Assembly: GCF_006345805.1 (NCBI RefSeq) | Contig: NC_043019.1 | Coordinates: 19,901,360 to 19,965,359, forward strand | DNA from: Octopus sinensis | Lineage: Eukaryota | DNA length: 64,000 bases | Direction: 5' to 3' | Shown here: piece by piece, positions 24,215 to 34,700 of the stretch | Numbering within the stretch: position 1 is the stretch's first letter | Layout of the letters: each line of letters begins with the position of its first letter | Program-made: the position numbers and the translations under genes | The notes under the pieces: model-generated | The model's input: the letters and a program-made list of their open reading frames with translations, nothing else | What the model was told of the DNA's origin: nothing | The model's database searches: none

Positions 24215-27200
24215 CTGTCCACGTCGCGTGCATGCATGCTCATGACTGACAAGTCCAATATGGGAAAGGCAGGTCCGTGAGCAGTGTCCACAGACGAAGG
24301 TAACATCCGGTGTGGTGTCAGAGGCGGCTCTTGTCTTTAAGCGCGTCTCTTCTTTGTTCCTCAAACTTGCTGACTGCATTAAAGATCGTGTGGCGCCAGA
24401 CATCACGGTCCGCAGCCAGGTCTGACCAGCACTGGTGGTTAATTTGACATGCTGTTAGAAACTTCTTGAGGCAGTCTTTGTAGCGCTTCCTCGGAGCTCC
24501 TCTCACTCGGTGGCCGATGGAGAGTTCGCCAAACAGGGCAATCTTTGGAAGACGATGGTTCTCCATTCTGGAGACATGCCCTGCCCATTGGAGGTGGTAC
24601 TTCAGTAGCGTGGCTTCAATGCTGGGGATCTCGGCCCGCTCCAAAACTTCAATGTTTGTGACGAAGTCACTCCAGTGAATGTTGAGAATGATGCGGAGAC
24701 ATCGCTGGTGGAAGCGCTCGAGGAGACGGATGTGACTGCGGTAAGTGACCCAGGTCTCTGAGCCGTAGAGAAGAGTGGTGAGAACCACAGCCCTGTAGAC
24801 ACTGATCTTTGTTTTGTTCTTCAGGCCACCATTGTGCCAAACACGTTTGTACAAAGGAGCTATTTGTCTTAGAAAGTCTATTGTTAATTTCCTTGTCGAT
24901 CCTTGCCTCGGATGAGATGATGCAGCCCAGGTATGTAAACTGCTGTGTTGAGTTCAGTTCGGTACCACAGATAGTGATGTGGGGTGGGCGGTATTCCTCT
25001 TGGGGTGCAGGTTGGTGAAGTACCTCCATCTTCTTGAGGCTGACCTCCAGGACAAAGAGCTGCGAGGCATCTGCAAAGCAGGACGTGATGCGCTGCAGAG
25101 CTTGCTCTGTGTGGGTGACAAGGACAGCGTCGTCTGCGAAGAGAAGGTCTTGAATCAACCTCTCCTTGGTCTTGGTGTGGGCTTGGAGATGCCGTAGATT
25201 GAAGAGACTGCCATCCAGATGATACCTAACATACACCCCATCCTCATCCTCCATATCTTCAGTTGCATACTTGATCATCATGCTGAAGAGAGTCGGTGCC
25301 AGGAGGCAACCCTGCTTCACGCTGTTGGAAATGGGGAAGGGCTCCGACAGGTCAGCATTGAGTCTGATCTGACCACACTGATTCTCGTGCAGCTGGATCA
25401 CCATCTGTAGAAACTTGGTGGGACAGCCAAGTCGTTCCAGGATGAGCCATAGTCCTGTCCTGCTCACTGTGTCAAATGCTTTTGTAAGGTCGATGAAAGT
25501 AGCATAGAGTCCGCTGTTTTGTTCTCGGCACTTCTGGAGTTGGCGGAGGACGGACACCATATCCGTTGTGCCTCTTGGCTCTGAAGCCTCACTGGCTCTT
25601 GGGGAGGTTTTCTTCAACGATGGTTGGTACTAGCCTATTGAGCAGGATCCTGGCAAGTACTTTGCCGGCGATGAAGAGTAGTGTGATTCCCCGGTAGTTG
25701 GGGCAGTCAGATTTTTCACCCTTGTTCTTGTACAGGGTTATGATGATGGCGTCGCGAAGATTCTGTGGCAGCTTGCTCTGGTTCCAGCAGTAGACAAGAA
25801 ATTCAATGAGCTTGGCATGGAGCATCGGACCTTCATACTTCCAGATTTCTGGTGGGATGCCATCAACTCCTGCTGCTTTGCGACTCTTGAGTTGTCCTAT
25901 GGCTTCAATCGTTTCTTCGAGGGTGGGTGGTTCGTTGAGCTCCCCTTTGAGTGGCAGTTGAGGAATGCGAAGGATGGTAGCGTCCTGTACCGTACGGTTA
26001 GCACTGAAGAGGCTTTGGAAGTGCTCGGACCAGCGAGCGAGGATGGAGGTGTTATCGGTGAGAAGGTCCTGTCCATCTGAACTGCGTAGGAGATTCTGAA
26101 CCAGGTGGGTGGGGCCATACACTGCTTTCAGAGTGTCACAGAAGCCTCTATAGTCTCCGAGGTCAGCGCACAGCTGGGTTCTCCGCGCCAGGTGGTCCCA
26201 CCACTCGTTCTGCATTTCTCTGAGTTTTCGCTGCAGGGTGCTGTATGCGCGCTGAAAGGCAGTTTTCTTCACAAGACAGACTGGTTGTGCGAGGTGGGCC
26301 TGTTGAGCTGCCCTCTTCCTTGCTAGTAATTCCTGGATCTCCTTGTCATTTTCACCGAACCAGTCTTTGCTTTTTTTCTTTGTGTGCCCAAGAACTTCTG
26401 TAGATGTCTTAAGGATATCTGATTTCAGGTTCTCCCACAAGGTGTCTAGGGTGGTGTCATCATTCATCTATTCTTTGCTGCAGGTTTGCTTGGAACTTGA
26501 TTTTCACTTCCTCCCGGCACAAGCTGTCGACATTCAGTTTCTTTACGGGGTTACCTTTCTTCTTGGGTTTGGGTTTGAACTGCAGTTTGAGCTTGCAGCA
26601 GACAAGGCGATGGTCGGTGTGGCACTCTGCACTGGGCATCACTCTTGTGTGTAGAACGTCTTTCAGGTCCTGCTGGCGCACAAGCACATAGTCAAGTAGA
26701 TGCCAATGTTTAAACCGGGGATGCATCCAAGTTGTTTTCAGACGGTCTTTCTGGTGGAAGATTGTGTTGGTAATAGCAAGCTGGTGCTTTGTACAGAACT
26801 CGAGCAGGAGGTTCCCATTGTCATTACAGTCACCAATTCCGTGTCTTCCAAGGACTCCTTTCCAAGCCTCAGAGTCCCTCCCAACTCTTGCATTGAAGTC
26901 GCCAAGGACCAGGACCTTGTCGTTTGTAGGGGTGTTGTTCAAGAGTCTGCGCAGATCAGAATAGAAGCTGTCTTTGTCTGCGGGATCTGCTAGTAGAGTT
27001 GGAGCATAAACACTGAAGAGAGTGAGATGTTGTTTGCTCTCCAGTGGTAGGCGCATGGATATGATGCGGTCCGAGTGGCCTGTGGGTAACTTTTCCAGTT
27101 TGGAGGTGATGGAATTCCTCACCATGAGTCCTACACCCAACACACGTTTTTCAGCTGATGGTTTTTACCGCCCCTCTCCATGTGGAGCAGGCAGTGCTCT

Positions 27201-27260
27201 CCCTAAATAAGGCTTCCTGGTCGCTCAGGATGCTGCCGAGTGGTGTCGTCGCCTCCGGTA
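24215..27260 (-). mobile_element. RTE-clade LINE (APE endonuclease + RT + C-terminal C2H2/CCHC-like motif), frameshifted, 5'-truncated
   Basis: APE motifs SVYAPT, LGDFNARVG, WHLLDYVLV and TDHRLV (26460-27143). GVDGIPPE and NYRGITLL (25589-26467). RT motifs FIDLTKAFD, KQGCLLAP and LFADD (24667-25617). Then LYGSETW, WAGHVSRM (24318-24854) and CGHCSRTCLSHIGLVSHEHAC. At least three frame breaks. Confidence 0.93.
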
Positions 27261-27391
27261 TATGTATATATGTATATATATATATATATACTTTTTTTTT
27301 TCGATTAGATTTATTATTATTCTTACTAATATTGTTGTTATACATACATACAAGCATATGTAATGATAATAATGGGTGGATGTAAACACAA

Positions 27392-28942
27392 GGCCTCGAT
27401 GTCAACAAGGGTCACGGCCCTGACGGCATACACCCACGGGTTATCAAAGCGTTGGCTTCGGTCATCTGCGAGCCCTTAACACGACTATTCAATATGTCAT
27501 TGGCGACGGGTGTTATACCTGCAGACTGGAGAACAGCGATAATCTGCCCGATTTTCAAGAAAGGGAGCCGCGAAGACCCGCTTAACTACCGACCGGTTTC
27601 CCTTACATCAATAATCAGCAAGATGTTCGAAACCATCCTTAAGAAAAGTATGATGCTCCACCTCCTAAACACAGCCTCGATCACTGATTCCCAACACGGC
27701 TTCGTGCCGAAGAGATCATGCTTGACCAACTTACTAGTAATGGAAGAATTGGTGACGCGCATCCTCGATGATAGTGATGCTGTTGACATCGTTTTATTGG
27801 ACTTTGCCAAAGCTTTTGACTCGGTAAACCACCGCCTACTACTTGTCAAGCTTCAAGCATATAGTTTCCATCCGGATATTGTACGATGGGTTGGTGCCTT
27901 CCTCTCAGATCGCTCCTTCCAAGTTCAAGTTAATGGTTCGCGGTCCGACGTCTCCAGTGCGAGCAGTGGCGTGCCTCAAGGTTCAGTGCTTGGGCCCTTG
28001 TTGTTCTTAGTCTTCATAAATGACTTGCCCGATGACATCACGCAACACACCCTTCTATTTGCCGACGATATCAAACTGGTCGCTCCTCGCGGTAGTATAG
28101 AGGATCTTCGTCGATGCCTCCACCAAATTTGGAAGTGGTCTAACGATTGGGACCTGTGTCTGAACGTGTCGAAGTGCTGTCATCTGCCTGTCGGCTCTAC
28201 TCCTGCAACTCAACTTGATTTCGAGCCGGGTCGTCTGCTGCTGCAGAGGACCGATCAGGTAAAGGACCTGGGTATCTTGGTGGATTCCTCCTTTTCGCCT
28301 TCGGCCCAGTGCGTCCATGCTGCCAACAAAGCGCGCAGAATTCTGTTTTTGATTCGACGGTCATTCGGAATGCTCACAGCAGCCATATTCCTGCCACTCT
28401 ATGTCACGCTGGTGAGACCCATATTGGAGTATGGGATTCAAGCCTCTTCTCCTTATCTCCTCAAAGACATACAGCACCTCGAAAGAGTCCAGAGGCTGGC
28501 TACCCGCATGGTTCATGGTCTCAAAAATTTGTCCTACGAAGAAAGGCTGAGGACGCTCGACCTTTGTTCTCTTGAAAAACGCCGCCGCCGTGGTGATCTC
28601 ATTCTCGCCCACAACATCATAAGCGGGAAGTGTAACCTCTCGAAAGAGCTGTTCTTCACTCCTGCTCCGGAGCGTCGGCTGCGGGGTCATTCCGAAAAGC
28701 TCTACCTGCGACGATTTCATTTCAATCGAAGGAGAGGAGCTTTCTCCGTCCGGGTTGCGGATCCGTGGAACAAGCTGCCAGACGAGATGGTAAAGATGCC
28801 GACGACCGCTTTGTTCAAAGCCTCCCTGGACCTCAAGTGGCCTGAACTCTTTACATGAACACCACCCTGTACTTAACTCCATGTCCCCCTACATGGCCTT
28901 GCTATTTGCTTTTGAGCCAAATTAACTAACTAACTAACTAAC
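27392..28942 (+). mobile_element. CR1-clade LINE, 5'-truncated, RT frame intact, with 3' UTR hairpin and (TAAC)n tail
   Basis: Open frame from GPDGIHPRVIK (27392) to TGA at 28858 with NYRPVSLT, DFAKAFD, GVPQGSVLGP, LFADD and the CR1 C-terminus RGH..KL...FSVRV..WNKLP. A CCATGT-6nt-ACATGG hairpin precedes (TAAC)5 at 28923-28942. Confidence 0.93.
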
Positions 28943-29361
28943 ATGAACAAAATTAGAACAAAAGCAACAACAAAAACAAAATACAAATTACATGAACGTA
29001 TATAAACAGAAGATACAAATATTACAGGCATCCCCCCCCACACACTAAATAAACATAGACGCACATAGAGATATAAGCATGCACAAATGAAGACATACAA
29101 TAGAAATACAAAATGGCTGACGGTTAGTAAGGAGAGACACAAATAAGAAAGAAGAAAACAAAGGAACACTGATGCGGTCACAGGAGTGTGACGAAAGAAC
29201 TTTGGCCGAAATAAGATTAAGATTAATGTAAAAAATAAATATCACTGAAGCAAAATAACACCAAATATATAGTGCGTCTGGCAATATGACCATTCCGAAA
29301 TATAACAATATCTGTTTCAACACACGACTTCACATAAAAAATCTTGCACAACAAATATTTA

Positions 29362-29407
<46 letters not shown>

Positions 29408-29551
29408 TATATATATATATGCATATATATAATAACAAATTAATAAATAAAACATATGCATATATACATACATATATGTACGTACCTACATCTACATGTA
29501 TATATACATGCATATATGGGTACAGGACACTAAAAAAACGTTGAACACAAT

Positions 29552-29971
29552 GAGAAACGAAAACATAGAAACAAAACCAAGGAAATGGACATTTTTCTTA
29601 AACAATGAAAAAATAGAGTACAGTACATACAACACAAGGAAAATCCCCTTCTTCAGTTGCCTCTGTTTCATGTACTCCACATTTCGAAGGTAAAGGCGAG
29701 ACACGATTTCGTTGAAACATTCCTTCCCGCAAAAGCAAATTAAATAAAATTTGAGATTTTTTTGCGGAAGGGTAAAAATGTTAATAAAAACAGGACAGTA
29801 AAGACAGTACAAAATATAAACAGTAAAAGACAGGACAAGGAGAATAACAGTAACACAGACATTGAGAGCTGTTAAGCCAAACGAGAGAAAATATTACGAA
29901 CGTACTCTAATTTTTCGTTGTTTAAGAAAAATGTCCATTTCCTTGGTTTTGTGTTTATGTTTTCGTTTCTC
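29552..29971. repeat. 70-bp inverted repeat pair with 280-bp spacer (possible Penelope-like pLTR relic)
   Basis: 29552-29621 is nearly the reverse complement of 29902-29971 (a few mismatches/indels). The spacer carries a - strand CTGAAGA-AGGGG motif at 29645-29656. Confidence 0.8.
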
Positions 29972-29974
29972 TAA

Positions 29975-30590
29975 CACCACCAGCACTACTACCACTACCA
30001 ATACCACCAACACTACTAGCAGCACCAGAACCACTAGCACCACCAACACAACTATCATCACTAGCACCACCATCACCACTAGCACCACTGAGGCGCAATA
30101 GCCCAATGGTTAGGGCAGCGGAATCGCGGTTTCGATTCCCAGACCAGGCGTTGTGTGTGTTTATTGAGCGAAAATACCTAAAAGCTCCACGAGGCTCTGG
30201 CAGGGTGTGGTGGCGACCCCTGTTGTACTCCTTCACCCCGACTTTCTCTCACTCTTTCTTCCTGTTTCTTGTCCTCGACTTCCTACGCAACCGCTGAGCC
30301 TGGATGCGCATTCATCCATCCGGCGATGCTCTCGGTGTCGGGGGTTGACCTGCAAAGGACCACGTTTCGGACTTCTCCCATATTGCGAGCTCTGGGACGA
30401 AGACCGTTCGCTCAACAGCTCAACAGCTAGCACCACCAGCACCACCAAAACCAGAAGCACCACCACCACCACCACAATCAACACCAGCAGGACTAGCAGG
30501 ACTAGCACCCCCAACACCACAAGCACAAATAGCAACACGAGCACCACAAGCACCAACTGCAAAAGCAAAACCAACACCACCAGCACGAGA
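29975..30590. repeat. Low-complexity (ACC/AAC/AGC)n tract split by a SINE
   Basis: Degenerate trinucleotide repeat giving spurious Thr-rich and Val-rich ORFs on both strands. Confidence 0.8.
30090..30426 (+). mobile_element. tRNA-derived SINE (family C)
   Basis: GAGGCGCAATAGCCCAATGGTTAGGGCAGCG (A box) ... GGTTTCGATTCCC (B box) with a CAAC-type tail. A possible 10-bp TSD CTAGCACCAC at 30079-30088 / 30427-30436 is weak because the flank is repetitive. Confidence 0.75.
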
Positions 30591-31427
30591 CATTATTGAA
30601 AGTGTTTAGCACCAGTTCAACATTGATATTACCCAACCTTACTTTCTTCTTTTCAGTTGTAATGTATCTAGTTACCTGTGAGCCTATATGCTTTTAAGAC
30701 AAAAGTAAAACCTATCTTCTTCGCTTGTCGTTTGCAGATATGAAGCAACCCGCTGAGAATGATTTAGGGTATTAATATCTTCAAAATCTCAGATGTTCAC
30801 AGTTATAGTTTTACGATACAGTCTCACATATATAATAATTTTACATATTAGAAACTGTGTCACATATGTATTTAGCGTACCCTGAACTGCTTTTCCTCGG
30901 CCTCTTTGTCGATGTTTATAATCAGTGACGCTATATTCTGTCTGTATTTATACAGTGAACATTTTTAGTCTTGTCAAATGAGAATATCATTCGTTGAAGA
31001 GGTATTAAACGACTGGAACATATCCGTTGCTTTAACCAGTGGATCTATTCACTCATCGTACTTGGTTCATTTTCCTTGCTTGCTTTTTTTATATTTTACC
31101 TAGAGGGAGATTTTGTGGATTAAATTCTTAGACAATATCCGTTAATCGAAGCTACTGCTAAAGCCAGATGGCAGTATGCAGGAAGCCGGATGCATGTGGA
31201 AGTGTGATCTAAAATTTTCGTTGTTTTTGCAAAGAAAAAAATATAAATACTTTTTTGAGTGGAAATCGAACCAGCGTGTGTATTAGATGAGGCATTAAGA
31301 CAATATGACCCTCCATAGGCACAACATAATATTATCATTATTACCTTTTTGTGAGATGAGGGCTTCCTGCGTTGCTCCACCTTTTCAGTTTCCTCGTCTT
31401 GGTTTAAGCGTCAGCTGTTGTCAAGTC

Positions 31428-31470
<43 letters not shown>

Positions 31471-31602
31471 GTTGTTGTTGTTGTAGTTTAAGGCGGCGAG
31501 CTGGCGAGCTTGACTTTGCCTCTTATTCTTTCGGGTCGATAAATTAAGTAACAGAAATAAGTAAATAACTCGTTTTAATTTTAGTTTCCTAGGCAACCTA
31601 TA

Positions 31603-31761
31603 GGCGCAGGAGTGGCTGTGTGGTAAGTAGCTTGCTTACCAACCACATGGTTCCGGGTTCAGTCCCACTGCGTGGCATCTTGGGCAAGTGTCTTCTGCTA
31701 TAGCCCCGGGCCGACCAATGCCTTGTGAGTGGATTTGGTAGAGGGAAACTGAAAGAAGCCT
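31603..31761 (+). mobile_element. tRNA-derived SINE (family A), 3'-truncated at the satellite boundary
   Basis: Near-identical to the first ~160 bp of 21985-22365. It stops at GAAAGAAGCC, ~20 bp before the first satellite monomer. Confidence 0.85.
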
Positions 31762-31783
31762 GAAAGTGTAGCTGCTAGAACAG

Positions 31784-34700
31784 GATAGAACATGTCAAAA
31801 TATTGCAAATGTGTACTGAAAAAACAACAAAAAATTTTCTAATCTGTTAGGTAAATATAATTAAACTGATTGATAATAAGTTCATATTTATCAAAGATAT
31901 CACTAAAGTCTCAAAAGTTTTCAGGTTAGAAATTGTCAAATTAATGCAAATGATTACTTGAAAAACAACAAAGAATTTAGTGATCTGTCCGGTAAAATAT
32001 AAGTTAAATGATTGATAATAAGCTTATATTTATCGAAGAGAACGCTAAAGTCTTAAAAGATTTCAGGTTAGAAAATGTCAAAATATTGCAAATGTGTACT
32101 TGAAAATCAACAAAGAATTTAGTGATCTGTAAGGTAAATATAAGTTAACTGATTGATAATAAGCTTATCTTTATCCAAGAGATCACTTAAAGTCTCAAAA
32201 GTTTTCAAACTTTTGAGACTTTAGAAAATGTCAAAATATTGCAATTGTGTACTTGTTAACTTATCTTTACGTAACAGATCACTAAATTTTTTGTTATTTT
32301 TCAAGTACTCATTTGCAACATTTTGACACTTTGTAATCTGAAAACTTTTGAGACTTTAGTGATATCTTGTATATCAGAAGTTTTCAGGTCAAAATGATGC
32401 AAATGTTTAGTTGAAACACAACAAAAAATTTAGTGATCTCTCAGGTAAAGATAAGTTAACTGATTGATAATAAGCTTATATTTATCCAAGATATCACTTA
32501 AGTCTCAAAAGTTTTCAGGTTCCAAGGTGTCAAAATGTTGCGATTGTGTAGTTGAAAAACAACAAAAAATTTAGTGATCTGTTACGTAAAGATAAGTTAA
32601 CTGCTTATATTTATCCAAGATATCACTTAAGTCTCAAAAATTTTCAGGTTACAAAGTGTCAAAATGTGGCGAATGTGTAGTTAAAGAACAACAAAAAATT
32701 TGGAGATCTCTTAGGTAAAGATAAGTTAACTGATTGATAATAAGCTTATATTTATCCAAGATATCACTAAAGTCTCAAAGGTTTTCAGGTTAGAAAGTGT
32801 CAAAATGTTGCAAATGTGTACTTCAAAAACTACAAAAAATTTAGTGATCTCTTAGTAAGATAAGTTAACTGATTGATAATAAGCTTATATTTATCCAAGA
32901 TATCACTAAAGTCTCAAAAGTTTTCAGGTTACAAAGTGTCAAAATGTTGCAAATGTGTACTTCAAAAACTACAAAAAATTTAGTGATCTGTTACATAAAG
33001 ATAAGTTAACTGATTGATAATAAGCTTATATTATCCAAGATATCACTAAAGTCTCAAAAGTTTTCAGGTTACAAAGTGTCAAAATGTTGCGAATGTGTAG
33101 TTGAAAAACAACAAAAAATTTAGTGATCTGTTACGTAAAGATAAGTTAACTGATTGATAATAAGTTTATATTTATCCAAGATATCACAAAAGTCTCAAAA
33201 GTTTTCAGGTTACAAAGTGTCAAATGTGTACTTTAAAAACTACAAAAAATTTAGTGATCTCTTAGGTAAAGATAAGTTAACTGATTGATAATAAGTTTAT
33301 ATTTATCCAAGATATCACTAAAGTCTCAAAAGTTTTCAGGTTACAAAGTGTCAAAATGTTGCGAATGTGTAGTTGAAACCCAACAAAAAATATAGTGATC
33401 TCTTAGGTAAAGATAAGTTAACTGATTGATAATAAGCTTATATTTATCCAAGATATCACTAAAGTCTCAAAAGTTTTCAGGTTAGAAAGTGTCAAAATGT
33501 TGCAAATGTGTACTTCAAAAACTACAAAAAATTTAGTGATCTCTTAGTAAGATAAGTTAACTGATTGATAATAAGCTTATATTTATCCAAGATATCACTA
33601 AAGTCTCAAAAGTTTTCAGGTTACAAAGTGTCAAAATGTTGCAAATGTGTACTTCAAAAACTACAAAAAATTTAGTGATCTGTTACATAAAGATAAGTTA
33701 ACTGATTGATAATAAGCTTATATTTATCCAAGATATCACTAAAGTCTCAAAAGTTTTCAGGTTACAAAGTGTCAAAATGTTGCGAATGTGTAGTTGAAAA
33801 ACAACAAAAAATTTAGTGATCTGTTACGTAAAGATAAGTTAACTGATTGATAATAAGTTTATATTTATCCAAGATATCACTAAAGTCTCAAAAGTTTTCA
33901 GGTTAGAAGGTGTCAAAATGTTGCAAATGTTTAGTTGAAAAACAACAAAAAATTTAGTGATCTCTTAGGTAAAGATAAGTTAACTGATTGATAATAAGTT
34001 TATATTTATCCAAGATATCACTAAAGTCTCAAAACTTTTCAGGTTACAAGGTGTCAAAATGTTGCGAATGTGTAGTTGAAAAACAACAAAAAATTGGAGA
34101 TCTCTTAGGTAAAGATAAGTTAACTGATTGATAATAAGCTTATATTTATCCAAGATATCACTAAAGTCTCAAACGTTTTCAGGTTAGAAAGTGTCAAATG
34201 TGTACTTTAAAAACTACAAAAAATTTAGTGATCTCTTAGGTAAAGATAAGTTAACTGATTGATAATAAGCTTATATTTATCCAAGATATCACTTAAGTCT
34301 CAAAAGTTTTCAGGTTCCAAGGTGTCAAAATGTTGCGATTGTGTAGTTGAAAAACAACAAAAAATTTAGTGATCTGTTACGTAAAGATAAGTTAACTGCT
34401 TATATTTATCCAAGATATCACTTAAGTCTCAAAAGTTTTCAGGTTACAAAGTGTCAAAATGTTGCGAATGTATACTTCAAAAACTACAAAAAATTTAGTG
34501 ACCTCTTAGTAAGATAAGTTAACTGATTGATAATAAGCTTATATTTATCCAAGATATCACTAAAGTCTCAAAGGTTTTCAGGTTAGAAAGTGTCAAAATG
34601 TTGCAAATGTGTACTTCAAAAACTACAAAAAATTAGTGATCTCTTAGTAAGATAAGTTAACTGATTGATAATAAGCTTATATTTATCCAAGATATCACTA

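Noticed and set aside
27586-28882. Antisense and alternate-frame ORFs overlapping the CR1, RTE and R4 elements
   Set aside because: Shadow ORFs of GC-richer retroelement coding sequence with no recognisable motifs.
33260-33266. TTAGG in monomers as telomeric repeat
   Set aside because: Single occurrence per monomer, not tandem TTAGGG/TTAGG.
33259-33270. G..C / C..G swap around TTA as compensatory base-pair covariation
   Set aside because: Neighbouring bases do not extend the stem, so the swap is better explained as two linked alleles.
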